The notes beneath the pieces are model-generated. The model was given only the letters and a program-made list of their open reading frames with translations. It was not told the origin of the DNA and searched no databases. Below are positions 28,659 to 38,221 of a stretch of 64,000 nt of DNA, piece by piece. Both the position numbers and the translations under genes were made by a program. Within the stretch, counting starts at the first letter, position 1; the number at the start of each line of letters is the position of its first letter. This stretch comes from a virus. The stretch lies in IMG/VR virus record IMGVR_UViG_3300023174_000124, positions 1 through 64,000 of that record; one strand, given 5' to 3'.

Positions 28659-29219
28659 ATGTCATATGGTATTATTTTAAGAGTTACCCATGCTGGTTTA
28701 AATAATTCTTCAGTTTACATTCCTGACACCCATGATGGTAAAGATGCTAATGGTCGTGTACAAAATCAAAAATCACCACAATATGTACCTGTTGGTGGTC
28801 ATGTAGATATGGTTTTCACAGATCAAATTGCCTTTTCTTTTGAACAAGGTGGTATTCGTGGTTTGATTAATGAAGGTTATATTACCACACAATTTATTAT
28901 TGGTAGTACAACAGGAGTATCTGCTTTAGATACCACTATTAATAATATGACTAAGAGTGCTTTAGGTGCTTTTTCTAAAGTTACTGTAAATGTTGCTAAT
29001 GGTAATCATACTTCTATAACAGTACCTTTTGCAAATGCTAAATTAGTAGCAGGTGCGATTGTTTTAGTTACTATGGATATCCCTGCAGCTAATGTTGCTG
29101 TAGCTATCACTCCATATATCAAAACAATTAATGCAGGGGTATCTATTGTTTTGGGTTGTGATGTCACTTGTACAGGTGCTCAAAATATCGACTTTAATGT
29201 TGCTGTAATTTCTGCTTAA
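28659..29219 (+). CDS. putative virion structural/decoration protein
   Basis: N-terminal ~85 aa is paralogous to 30066..31229; AAGGAG RBS. Confidence 0.7.
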   Translation: MSYGIILRVTHAGLNNSSVYIPDTHDGKDANGRVQNQKSPQYVPVGGHVDMVFTDQIAFSFEQGGIRGLINEGYITTQFIIGSTTGVSALDTTINNMTKSALGAFSKVTVNVANGNHTSITVPFANAKLVAGAIVLVTMDIPAANVAVAITPYIKTINAGVSIVLGCDVTCTGAQNIDFNVAVISA

Positions 29220-29274
29220 TAATTTTTAAATATAAATCCTATTTAATATTATAGTCTTAGATAGGGTTTTTCAA

Positions 29275-30018
29275 ATGACCATTCATTATCAAAATAATAA
29301 AGTAGCTGTTAAAGTTGCAAGTGATGCCACTACTTATACTTTAACAAAATCTGATAGCATCTATGTAGGTTATAGTGGTCAAACTATTAACTTACCTGCA
29401 CCATCATCTGTTTTAGGTTCTAGATATGTGATTAAAGCACCTAGTAATATTTCATCTACTATTACTGTTAATGCTTCTACTAATAGTTCTACTATTGATG
29501 GTTTAAATTCTTATCTCATGTATGATAAGAATGATACTTTAGAAGTAGTAGCTACAAGTAGTGGTTGGGTGAGAGTCAGTAACAGTGCTTCTTATATTTG
29601 CACAGGTAGGTTATCAGGTGATCAAACAATTACAAGTAGTGAAGATAACATTATTCACTTTCAAAATAATCAAACATTATCACTAGATCCTTTGAGCTGG
29701 TGGAATAATAGTACTTATAAATATCAGCCTACATTACCAGGGTATTATAATATCTGTTATAGTGTATGGTTTGCAGCAGGTGCTTCTTCTTTAAACCAAA
29801 TGAATATACAAATAAGAAAAGGACTAGATTCTGTTGCTATAACTCAATCACCTATTCCAACATCTACAGGTGGGTCTTTATTTGCATCAAGCATCACCTA
29901 TTTAAATGGTTCTACTGACTATATTCAATTTACAGCATATAGTTCTAATCCTACTTCTCATGTAGTACAAGGTAGTGGGGCTAGTAATGGTACATATTTC
30001 ACTGCGATTAAAGTTTAA
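29275..30018 (+). CDS. putative fibre protein with C-terminal C1q-like domain
   Basis: TINLPAP...YVIK...TIDG; DPLSWWNNSTYKYQPTLPGYY...YLNGSTDYI. Confidence 0.7.
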   Translation: MTIHYQNNKVAVKVASDATTYTLTKSDSIYVGYSGQTINLPAPSSVLGSRYVIKAPSNISSTITVNASTNSSTIDGLNSYLMYDKNDTLEVVATSSGWVRVSNSASYICTGRLSGDQTITSSEDNIIHFQNNQTLSLDPLSWWNNSTYKYQPTLPGYYNICYSVWFAAGASSLNQMNIQIRKGLDSVAITQSPIPTSTGGSLFASSITYLNGSTDYIQFTAYSSNPTSHVVQGSGASNGTYFTAIKV

Positions 30019-30065
30019 TATTGATTAAATAGGTAACTCTTTATAAACACAAGGAGTTATCAAAA

Positions 30066-31229
30066 ATGGCAAATTCATTATCTTTAAGAATTACTAATAT
30101 CGGATCTTCATCTTCAATATATATAAGTGATATACATGATGGTAAAGATCAAAATGGTCGTGTCAATAATCGTAAACCATATCAATATGTACCAGCTAAT
30201 GGTTCAGTAGTAGTGTTATTTACAGAACAAGTGAAGTATAGTTATGAGAATGGTGCAATAAGATCATTTATAGATCAAGGTTTAATTGAGACCTTTTTTG
30301 TTATGGGGGAAGTAAATCTCTTAAGTACAGATGAAGATGGCAGTTATAAACTCAATGTGTCTTATGAAGGTAATACTTTTTATTTGAGAGATAACACTAA
30401 TAGTGATGTTGGTACAAATATTAATGTAAAAGCAGGTAATTCTGTAGATGAAACAGGTGGAGACATTCAACTACAAGGTGGGAACTCGGACAATAATAAT
30501 GGTGGTTATATAGGATTGACAGGTGGTGAAGGAACAAATGGTGGTACTGTGACCATATATGGTGGTCGAGGTAGTACAGGAACTGCAGGTAATATTACTT
30601 TAGCAGCAGGGGATAAACCTACAGGTAATGGTGGTAGTGTAAATATATATGGGGGTCCTGCTTGGGTAGCAGGTGCAGAAGCAGGTGGTGTGAATATATA
30701 TGGAGGTAATTCTATTACCACAGGTGAAGCTAGTATTAGTGGTTCAATTTTAATAGAAGCAGGTGGTATCGGTAATCCTGGTGTAGGTGGTTGGGTAAAT
30801 ACAGGTGGGGATGTCACAATTAAATCAGGTTTAGGGAATGGTGGTGGTCATAGTTCAGGTGATGTTATATTAGAACCTGTAGCTGGAGCAGGTGGTGCAA
30901 GTGATGGTAAAGTAGTCATTAAAAACTATGATGATGGTATCTTAGTGGTTTCGGGAGAAGATGTTATATCAAGTCCTTATGGTAGATTAGCATTTGTTAT
31001 TAATGATGGGCAACATGGTACAAGTGTTGTATTAAATAGTAGTTTAATAACAGCAACAAGTCCTATTCTTGTAACAGTAGAATATCCTGAAGTATTAAAT
31101 TTAACATTAGATAAAGCACCATATATAGCATCAAGAGTAAATGGTGTTAGTGCAACGATTAAATTTGATTTAAATAATCAGAGTGGTGCACAAAGAACTT
31201 GTGCGATAAATTATATGATACTTGTTTAA
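30066..31229 (+). CDS. putative Gly-rich fibre/decoration protein
   Basis: Repeated GG.V.I.GG units; shares its N-terminal domain with 28659..29219. Confidence 0.7.
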   Translation: MANSLSLRITNIGSSSSIYISDIHDGKDQNGRVNNRKPYQYVPANGSVVVLFTEQVKYSYENGAIRSFIDQGLIETFFVMGEVNLLSTDEDGSYKLNVSYEGNTFYLRDNTNSDVGTNINVKAGNSVDETGGDIQLQGGNSDNNNGGYIGLTGGEGTNGGTVTIYGGRGSTGTAGNITLAAGDKPTGNGGSVNIYGGPAWVAGAEAGGVNIYGGNSITTGEASISGSILIEAGGIGNPGVGGWVNTGGDVTIKSGLGNGGGHSSGDVILEPVAGAGGASDGKVVIKNYDDGILVVSGEDVISSPYGRLAFVINDGQHGTSVVLNSSLITATSPILVTVEYPEVLNLTLDKAPYIASRVNGVSATIKFDLNNQSGAQRTCAINYMILV

Positions 31230-31231
31230 TA

Positions 31232-31702
31232 TTATTTCTTTTCCAAAAAGAGAATACTGTTATTTAAGAATTTAGGTAGCTCTCTATGAAGTTTATCTTT
31301 CACACCTTTTGCACCATATAGACTAGCAATATCCATTTCTTCTGATTTGCCAAATCTAGCAGTACCTTCTTTGAAGTATAATGCAATACTTACTGACATA
31401 GAAAAATTTCCACGATCTTCTGAATCATCTTGGAAATGTGCTATAAATTTCCAAGTATTAACAGGTTGTCTTGAAAACTCTGTTTGTGCAGGTAAAGAAA
31501 AAAGAATAATAACGGTATGTTCTTCTTTACCATATTTATTTTTCATACCTTCATCAAATTTAATAATACTACCACCAATGTCTTTAACAGCATCTTTTAA
31601 ACCTTGTTTAAAATTTGCCACTGCAGGTTTTAATAATGACTCTAAAAAAGCTATTCTTTTTTCAAGTTGTGCGATTTTGATTTCTGTTGCATTACGGTAC
31701 AT
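31232..31702 (-). CDS. hypothetical protein (N-terminal KIA/RIA tag)
   Basis: MYRNATEIKIAQLEKRIAFLE; AAGGAG RBS. Confidence 0.8.
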   Translation of the reverse strand: MYRNATEIKIAQLEKRIAFLESLLKPAVANFKQGLKDAVKDIGGSIIKFDEGMKNKYGKEEHTVIILFSLPAQTEFSRQPVNTWKFIAHFQDDSEDRGNFSMSVSIALYFKEGTARFGKSEEMDIASLYGAKGVKDKLHRELPKFLNNSILFLEKK

Positions 31703-31753
31703 AATGACTCCTTTTTAAAATGAGATTTATACTTAAGGATAAGTATAAATGTT

Positions 31754-32185
31754 TTATTTAACACCATTTACAGCATCATCTGCTGTAAATTGATCTTTAG
31801 TTCCACCATCATATGACTTGGCAAAACCTTTTTCAATCATCAATTCACTTAAAGTCTTAGGTGCAGGTTGCCATTGGTCATCTAATGTCCAAATATCAGC
31901 CAAAGCACGACCATATTTATCAGGTTTATGACTCTTTAAGAGGACTTTCTTATCAAGAGCTTGTTCTCTGATAAAATCTCTACTAGCAATAGCGAGTTTC
32001 TTAACTGATTCATCTTCTGATTTCATTTCAGCAGTATCAATACCCATAAGACGAACTTTAGTTCTAATAGTTAAACTAAAACCAAGATCAATAGTAACTG
32101 TTAAAGTATCACCATCATATACTTCTAAAACATCAGCATAGTAAGTATAAGGTGAAGGGGGTAAGGTAGCTTTCTTTTTAGCCAT
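31754..32185 (-). CDS. thermonuclease (SNase family)
   Basis: VYDGDT, VRLMGIDTAE, DKYGRALA, GFAKSYDGGTK. Confidence 0.92.
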   Translation of the reverse strand: MAKKKATLPPSPYTYYADVLEVYDGDTLTVTIDLGFSLTIRTKVRLMGIDTAEMKSEDESVKKLAIASRDFIREQALDKKVLLKSHKPDKYGRALADIWTLDDQWQPAPKTLSELMIEKGFAKSYDGGTKDQFTADDAVNGVK

Positions 32186-32194
32186 GATATATTC

Positions 32195-32473
32195 TCAACT
32201 TTCAAGTAAGTGTTTATATGCTTCGTCAATAAGGAGAGCAGCATTATCAAGATTTCTAAGTGCTGTCTTAATATGTTCGTTAGAGTCTTCTTGTGAAATA
32301 TTAATTCCACCTACATTAGTTTGTAATAAACTACCTGGTCCACTATAACCTAAAGAATTTCTAATTTGCATAAGGCTTAATTTCATTTGATAGACTTTAG
32401 CGATAGCTTCTTTAACATCTTTGGTCTTAGCTTTTTTAAGCATTGCTTTCTTGATAAAATATTGCTTATTCAT
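32195..32473 (-). CDS. small tagged hypothetical protein
   Basis: ATG at 32473 after AAGGAG; MNKQYFIKKAMLKKA. Confidence 0.75.
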   Translation of the reverse strand: MNKQYFIKKAMLKKAKTKDVKEAIAKVYQMKLSLMQIRNSLGYSGPGSLLQTNVGGINISQEDSNEHIKTALRNLDNAALLIDEAYKHLLES

Positions 32474-32506
32474 AATATCTCTCCTTATAAACATATGAGA
32501 TATAAA

Positions 32507-32821
32507 CTATTTAATAATAGCAAATTGTTGTCTAAATACTTCAATAGGACTATTAGAACTTCTTCTAATAGCCCATTCTACAAAATGATCTCCTACAACA
32601 AATCCTGTACTAAATTTCTCACCAACATAATAATAACCTACACTGTCTTTAATAGGTACTCTTTCAGACATACCCACACGATATTTACCTTTATTTTTAT
32701 CATCAGCATAAAAACTATAAGTGATGCTATAAGGGTCAAAAGGTCTATTTTTATCATCAGTAATGATAATCTTTAAGTCCCATTTATTAGGTGTGTCACC
32801 TTGTTTAAATATTACAGCCAT
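32507..32821 (-). CDS. BppU/Ig-like structural protein, paralogue of the N-terminus of 26584..27471
   Basis: MAVIFKQGDT...DL.I..TD...ITY...RVP...VGYYY. Confidence 0.7.
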   Translation of the reverse strand: MAVIFKQGDTPNKWDLKIIITDDKNRPFDPYSITYSFYADDKNKGKYRVGMSERVPIKDSVGYYYVGEKFSTGFVVGDHFVEWAIRRSSNSPIEVFRQQFAIIK

Positions 32822-32848
32822 TTTCTATCTCCTCTATATTGAGATAGA

Positions 32849-32998
32849 TTATAAACCTTTTAGAAATTCCTCTTTTGTTTCTTTAGTATAACCTAAAGCA
32901 AAAGCAATATCCCATAATAGTAGTAGTTCATCGGTGCTTAGACCTTGTTTAACAATAGTCTTGTTTTCCATAAGTTCTTTAATAGCGAGGACAAACAT
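32849..32998 (-). CDS. small hypothetical protein (49 aa, not in ORF track)
   Basis: MFVLAIKELMENKTIVKQGLSTDELLLLWDIAFALGYTKETKEEFLKGL*; fills the gap between its neighbours. Confidence 0.55.
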   Translation of the reverse strand: MFVLAIKELMENKTIVKQGLSTDELLLLWDIAFALGYTKETKEEFLKGL

Positions 32999-32999
32999 A

Positions 33000-33308
33000 T
33001 TAATCTTCTAAGCCATGTTTTTTAAGAAACTTATAAAGTTCTTTTTTAAATGTTTTTACATTTTCATCAGTGACTTCATCAGGCTTAAAACATAGTTGCT
33101 TGTTTTTAGAAATAACGCCATCATCAATGTTAATTCTTTTAATTTTAAATCTTGTTTGACCCTTGCTATTAAAGTAGTATTTAACATAGACTTGGTTTAA
33201 GAAATTCAATTTACCTTTTTCTTTTAATTTAGGAATAGCGTCTTCAGTGCAAGGTAGCATTTCTCTAAGGCAGTCAAATATAGGTTGCATTTTAGGATTA
33301 AGTTCCAT
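33000..33308 (-). CDS. hypothetical protein
   Basis: 102-aa ORF with AAAGGA RBS. Confidence 0.75.
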   Translation of the reverse strand: MELNPKMQPIFDCLREMLPCTEDAIPKLKEKGKLNFLNQVYVKYYFNSKGQTRFKIKRINIDDGVISKNKQLCFKPDEVTDENVKTFKKELYKFLKKHGLED

Positions 33309-33340
33309 GTGTATATCCTTTGAATGAAAGTTTCAAAGTA

Positions 33341-33670
33341 TTATACAAAACTTACTTTCATACCACGAACAGAATCTATATTAATTGTATATTCTCTTAC
33401 AAGTCTTTCATCTGCCATATTAGTAGCACTAACTCTTATATATAGAGTATAACCTGCAGTGCTTTCAGGGATAGTAATAGAAGCCGTCCATGAAGAAGGT
33501 TCATCTTCATCGAGGACTTCCATAGCTTGATTAACAAGGAGATTGTTAATAGAGCCATCATCATTAAATTTATAGAGTGTATAAACAGCATCTTGGACGA
33601 GGATGGGAATACCTTCAGCAGTGGTGAAGAAAACATTATGTGAATAGACATCACCTTCATAAATAGCCAT
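33341..33670 (-). CDS. Ig-like putative structural protein
   Basis: MAIYEGD...F.TAEG.P.....YTLY; beta-rich. Confidence 0.7.
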   Translation of the reverse strand: MAIYEGDVYSHNVFFTTAEGIPILVQDAVYTLYKFNDDGSINNLLVNQAMEVLDEDEPSSWTASITIPESTAGYTLYIRVSATNMADERLVREYTINIDSVRGMKVSFV

Positions 33671-33671
33671 A

Positions 33672-33917
33672 TTATTCTCCGTCTTTACACATATGTGTTA
33701 ATGCTTTCATAGATCGTATTTCATCAACGAAAGTGAGAGCAGGAACGAGAGCACTTCTGTTGAAGTATTCTTTTTTAAGTTCTTTAATAGTACCAGAGTC
33801 ATTGAAAATGAAAAATATTTTTTTACCTTCGACTTCAGTACCTAAAAGAGGAACACCGACCGTCTTTAAGAAAGAGGCGAAATATAAGTCGGAGGTTTTA
33901 TATTTTTCAGTGTTCAT
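33672..33917 (-). CDS. DUF5659-like protein
   Basis: YKTSDLYFASFL...KIFFIF...Y.N...V....F...IR.MK. Confidence 0.75.
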   Translation of the reverse strand: MNTEKYKTSDLYFASFLKTVGVPLLGTEVEGKKIFFIFNDSGTIKELKKEYFNRSALVPALTFVDEIRSMKALTHMCKDGE

Positions 33918-34123
33918 TTTTGGATACTCTTAACTTGGTCTATAATTTGTTTAGTCTTTTTGCTTTCTGTGTTATAGACAATTTGATTATCTTTCCATTC
34001 AGCAACTTGTTCTCCCCATGTAGCGAGGAGTTTAAGACCATCAGAAACAAAGCATCTAGATTCAGATGTAGTTTTATTGAAAAATGCTTGGATAACCTTT
34101 TTATCAGCGAGATTCAATTTCAT
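33914..34123 (-). CDS. hypothetical protein
   Basis: 69-aa ORF with TAAGGA RBS. Confidence 0.7.
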   Translation of the reverse strand: MKLNLADKKVIQAFFNKTTSESRCFVSDGLKLLATWGEQVAEWKDNQIVYNTESKKTKQIIDQVKSIQK

Positions 34124-34140
34124 AAGATTAAAAATCCTTA

Positions 34141-34872
34141 TTAGGCATTTGGATTGTAAACAGTACCGTCACTGTTATAGATAGCGATACAGTTATTAGC
34201 AACACCCTTATAGGTGAAGTTATCGGACAACATAACAGACAAAGCACCTTTAGCAGCAGATACAGCAATATCACTAGCTAAGACACGATTATTCTTTTCA
34301 CCTGAGAAGTAATCATCAATATCAATAACAGCGATAGGTGTAAAGATACCATCAGCATTTTGGACTTGATGACTTGCAGGAAGAGAGAAAACAGCACCTG
34401 TTAGAATAGCGAGAATATCAGCAAGTCTAGCAGTAGAAGATCTAAGACCGATACCATTAAGATCACCACCAGCAGTATTTGCTTGAATGATAGCATTAAG
34501 AGCAGCAGTAGTAAGAGTATTGCTTGTTTGCATACGAGCGATAATAGCGAGAGCGATAGCATTAGCTTCACTAGCGGTAAGTGCATGGTCATCATCAGTT
34601 AAAATATCAACATCTGGACCATCAAAGAAAGCACCACCAACGGTAGCGATAAGATAAGCAGCAAGACCACTAACATTATTTCTAATAGTTCTAGTATTAC
34701 CATTAGAAGAAGTAGCAACGGTACTATTAGCAGGTTGTGTTAAATAGAAAGGACCCTGAGGATAAGCATCAATAACAGGGTTAAATTGAGAAGGGTTAGG
34801 AAACAAATCTCTAATTTGAAGAGTAGCATTAGGAATGTCATCTCTTGTAACAGTAATATAAACGATAGCCAT
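34141..34872 (-). CDS. putative virion structural protein (paralogue of 34891..35625)
   Basis: Shared RDDI...QI.DL...SQ...I..YPQGP.YL and a C-terminal IY..DGTV. Confidence 0.75.
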   Translation of the reverse strand: MAIVYITVTRDDIPNATLQIRDLFPNPSQFNPVIDAYPQGPFYLTQPANSTVATSSNGNTRTIRNNVSGLAAYLIATVGGAFFDGPDVDILTDDDHALTASEANAIALAIIARMQTSNTLTTAALNAIIQANTAGGDLNGIGLRSSTARLADILAILTGAVFSLPASHQVQNADGIFTPIAVIDIDDYFSGEKNNRVLASDIAVSAAKGALSVMLSDNFTYKGVANNCIAIYNSDGTVYNPNA

Positions 34873-34890
34873 TTTCTATATCTCCTATGA

Positions 34891-35625
34891 TTAAATATCG
34901 GCACTAGTGAAAACAGTGCCATCATTAAGATAGATGACACATAAAGGGTTACCATTCCCATTAGCTGGGTGGTTAATACCATTTGGATTAACTTCTTGAA
35001 GAGAAGGAGTTCTATCAGCACCATAGGAATTAACCACATTGGTGTATTGATATAATTGACCTGAAGCAAGACTTTCAACCCAAGCAGTATCTCCTGTTAC
35101 AAGTCTTCTATCACCTGGAATAGGAAAATTAGAAGAACCTATAAGTAGAGGAACATGGACACCACCATCTTCAATAGTGGTATTGGCAGAAACTACAAAT
35201 TTCTCGCCAGATAATATCTTGATGAGATTTTCAACATCATCCCCATAATGATAATCTCCGTTAATATCTGCTTGTAAATCTGCTTCGAGGTTATCGAGGT
35301 CTTCAGCTGCATATGCTTTATTTACAATATATTCAGCAACTTCAATAGCTTGAGCTAAAGTTAAAGATGCACCATCATTATCCACTTGTGTAAGAACATA
35401 AGCAGTAAGACCTGTGGTTTGGAGAGCGATTTTAATATCGCCTCCAACTGATTTTAATCTTGGAGCAAGTCTTCCATAACTATTTACATCAATAGGTCTA
35501 AGATAGATAGGTCCTTGAGGATAAGGCTCAATGTGGCTTCTAGCTTGAGATTTATTGAAGTATAAGTCAGTAATCTGGACAGAACCTGCTTGAATATCAT
35601 CTCTACGGACAACAATATAAGGCAT
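34891..35625 (-). CDS. putative virion structural protein (paralogue of 34141..34872)
   Basis: Same shared motifs; AGGAG RBS. Confidence 0.75.
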   Translation of the reverse strand: MPYIVVRRDDIQAGSVQITDLYFNKSQARSHIEPYPQGPIYLRPIDVNSYGRLAPRLKSVGGDIKIALQTTGLTAYVLTQVDNDGASLTLAQAIEVAEYIVNKAYAAEDLDNLEADLQADINGDYHYGDDVENLIKILSGEKFVVSANTTIEDGGVHVPLLIGSSNFPIPGDRRLVTGDTAWVESLASGQLYQYTNVVNSYGADRTPSLQEVNPNGINHPANGNGNPLCVIYLNDGTVFTSADI

Positions 35626-35688
35626 TTGAGAACTCCTATTATACTTATTACTAATACATTAAAATATATAAATAAAATAAACTCTTTA

Positions 35689-36426
35689 TTAAGAGTGATT
35701 AACCATAGCCATTCTTACAGAGAATCTGACTTCACCTACAGTGCCACCCTCAGTAGCAGTAGGACTACAACCTACAATAATTTCAGGAGCACCACCACCT
35801 GTTAAACTGACTTCACTATAAGGTCTAATAATAGTAGGGTTTAGACCTGGATGGAAAGTAGTATATAATTCTTGGTCAGGGTCAAGATTAGTGATATTGA
35901 TTGTATGAGAGAAGTAAGGAAGCATAATATCCATACAACCTGCACCCATAGTATCAGGTTCGGAAGCTAGGATAGGAGCATTACCTGTAAATGTAAAAAT
36001 AGGGTGAGCAGTGGTGAAGAAATCGTAAGGAGGGACAGCAATAATCGGACCCCATTCGGAATAAGTAGTAGGGTTATGTTTATATCTACCTCTTAGGCGA
36101 ACGAATAAAGATTCACCATCGGAAGGGATTCTAGTATCACCTGCGACATAAGTAGTAGCATAGTCACCAAGATCAAAAACAAAACGAGTATTGTTTCTTT
36201 TAGATTCTTCAGGTTGTATTCTAGTAGTTTCAATAGCAGGTGATTGAAAAGAACCTCCGACTCTGACTTCAAACATTAATCTAGGAGCATTAAAAGCAGT
36301 ATTGACATTACTAGCACCTGAAACTTGAACGATATCAAAACCTCTGAGTAATTCATTACGAATACTCATATCAATAAGACCTTTAGAACGATAATTAAAA
36401 CTAGCGGCTAATCTACCTCTGGACAT
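35689..36426 (-). CDS. putative virion structural protein
   Basis: 245 aa, beta-rich, AAGGAG RBS, in the structural run. Confidence 0.7.
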   Translation of the reverse strand: MSRGRLAASFNYRSKGLIDMSIRNELLRGFDIVQVSGASNVNTAFNAPRLMFEVRVGGSFQSPAIETTRIQPEESKRNNTRFVFDLGDYATTYVAGDTRIPSDGESLFVRLRGRYKHNPTTYSEWGPIIAVPPYDFFTTAHPIFTFTGNAPILASEPDTMGAGCMDIMLPYFSHTINITNLDPDQELYTTFHPGLNPTIIRPYSEVSLTGGGAPEIIVGCSPTATEGGTVGEVRFSVRMAMVNHS

Positions 36427-36486
36427 AGAAATTCTCCTTAAAACATAATTGTATATATATAGATATTATATAAATCAATTAAGGTC

Positions 36487-36870
36487 TTATTTGCTTTCTT
36501 TTTTCACTAGGTCATTATAGCTTTCAGTATTTTTACCTTTAGATTTAGCTAATTTTTGAGCATCTGACCAGGAATCTACTCTTTCACCATCGACATTGGG
36601 GACTAGAGTGACCCCTGGTGCTTCTTTTTTCATTTCATCTTGTTTAATGGTAGCTTTGCTTCTCCGAGCTTCCATTTGTTTTTTAATACGGCTATTTTTA
36701 TCACCCCAATCATCGCCTTTAAACATAACTTGGGGCATAGCAGGTATTTTATTACATATAGTATCTGGACCACAATCTAAACACACTTCAGGTGTAGAAG
36801 ATTCTGACATTTTTTTAGTGACTTCAAATTCTAAATCGCACTTAGGGCATTGATATACATAAGTAGGCAT
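36487..36870 (-). CDS. FmdB family zinc-ribbon protein
   Basis: MPTYVYQCPKCDLEFEV...CLDCG...FKGDDW. Confidence 0.85.
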   Translation of the reverse strand: MPTYVYQCPKCDLEFEVTKKMSESSTPEVCLDCGPDTICNKIPAMPQVMFKGDDWGDKNSRIKKQMEARRSKATIKQDEMKKEAPGVTLVPNVDGERVDSWSDAQKLAKSKGKNTESYNDLVKKESK

Positions 36871-36897
36871 AAGATAAACTCCTTTTTGTTAATCACA

Positions 36898-37197
36898 CTA
36901 TACCGATTTTATTTTTTTTAAAACAGCATAAGTATGTTTACATAATCTGTTTTCACCTTCAGGGTCAGTCTTTTTAGGTTTAGTAGCAGTGCCTTGAGGT
37001 GAACCTAATAAATACCCGTCTGTTTTTGCATGATACTCACAACCTTGATATACCCAGAACCCACAAGTACAATTTATAAAGATATTCTTATCTTGATCTA
37101 CCTCTAAATTAACCTTTTCATCACCTATAGAAAATGTATTTTTAGTACCTCTGCCTTTATATTCTCCCTCAACATCTAAAACTTTGCTTTTTTTTTT
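36898..37197 (-). CDS. SWIM zinc-finger domain in the -1 frame of 37176..38174 (frameshift-linked)
   Basis: KSKVLDVE...NCTCGFWVYQGCEYHAKTDGYLLG...DPEGENRLCKHTYAVL*. No ATG of its own; TGA lies just upstream of the A10 tract in that frame. Confidence 0.8.
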   Translation of the reverse strand, partial: KKKSKVLDVEGEYKGRGTKNTFSIGDEKVNLEVDQDKNIFINCTCGFWVYQGCEYHAKTDGYLLGSPQGTATKPKKTDPEGENRLCKHTYAVLKKIKSV

Positions 37198-38174
37198 ACT
37201 TCAGGATTAAGACCTGACAAGATTTCTTTTTTAAGCATAGCTGTTCTAATCATTTGAGAAGCTAATCTTTTAGATGGTGGGATATAGTCTTTAATGCCAT
37301 ATTCTAGGGTGTCTACTATATCCATATCAAAAGTCCCATCTTCTTTAATACCTGTATATTTGATAACGGACAGCTCACACTTAGGTTTTTTAACATTGTT
37401 ATTTTTGTAGTATCCTAAGAATTTAACTTTTCTAGGAATGAGATAGAGATACATTTTTTTATTACTTAAATCCATAACGACTTGAGAAGTGGATTTCATA
37501 TCTACTTTTTCTTTACTATCTCTTACCATATTTAAAGGATTAAAGGGGTCTTTACCTACACGATATCCATATACTGTGGGTGCTACATCTTCAACATATT
37601 GAACTTCTTTTAATTTACGGATAGCTCTATTTCTTCTCATAACAGAACTGTCTCTTTTAATCCCTTCTTGATAACCTGCTTCTTCATGATTAATACCATG
37701 ATTAGTTCTTACATGGATACCACCATTTCTAAGGGTTTTAACAACACAGCCATGTTCTTTAGTGAGTTCAATAGATTTAGTGGTAGTGCCATCAGATATA
37801 AAAGTATGACCTGTTAAGCCACCGAGATAATCACAAATGACACTAACTGCTTCATCTAAAGTTTTTTGTTGGAGAGCTTTGAGAACTTTTTTAGGGTCTT
37901 TGTTTAGGATAACTATTTTAGGGTTAGTGACTCTATTTTTTTCTTTTTCATCATCATTAACTGAGAGAGCTGCATTTACAATACCGATACCATATTCATT
38001 CATGCCTTCAGTCCACCCTGTGAGTTCATCTTTATAATAAAGAATTTCAACACCATTAATAACTTCATGGTAGACTTTCAAAGGGGGCAAGTAATTTCTA
38101 TCTCTATTTTTAAATAGTACACGACTACCACCCCACTCACCAGTCGCTATAATACAAGCTTCTTTATTCATCAT
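37176..38174 (-). CDS. Ntn-hydrolase (C45/choloylglycine-hydrolase-like)
   Basis: MMNKEA-C (putative Cys nucleophile), KNRD, EGMNEYGIGIVN, VRTNH. Confidence 0.8.
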   Translation of the reverse strand: MMNKEACIIATGEWGGSRVLFKNRDRNYLPPLKVYHEVINGVEILYYKDELTGWTEGMNEYGIGIVNAALSVNDDEKEKNRVTNPKIVILNKDPKKVLKALQQKTLDEAVSVICDYLGGLTGHTFISDGTTTKSIELTKEHGCVVKTLRNGGIHVRTNHGINHEEAGYQEGIKRDSSVMRRNRAIRKLKEVQYVEDVAPTVYGYRVGKDPFNPLNMVRDSKEKVDMKSTSQVVMDLSNKKMYLYLIPRKVKFLGYYKNNNVKKPKCELSVIKYTGIKEDGTFDMDIVDTLEYGIKDYIPPSKRLASQMIRTAMLKKEILSGLNPEVKKKAKF

Positions 38175-38221
38175 TTTATTAAACTCACTTTATAAACACT
38201 AATCTCTAAAACTATATTCAT

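Noticed and set aside
37140-37175. ATG immediately after the TAG of the Ntn-hydrolase as start of the SWIM gene
   Set aside because: That ATG is in the original frame and stops after 16 codons; the SWIM domain is in the -1 frame.
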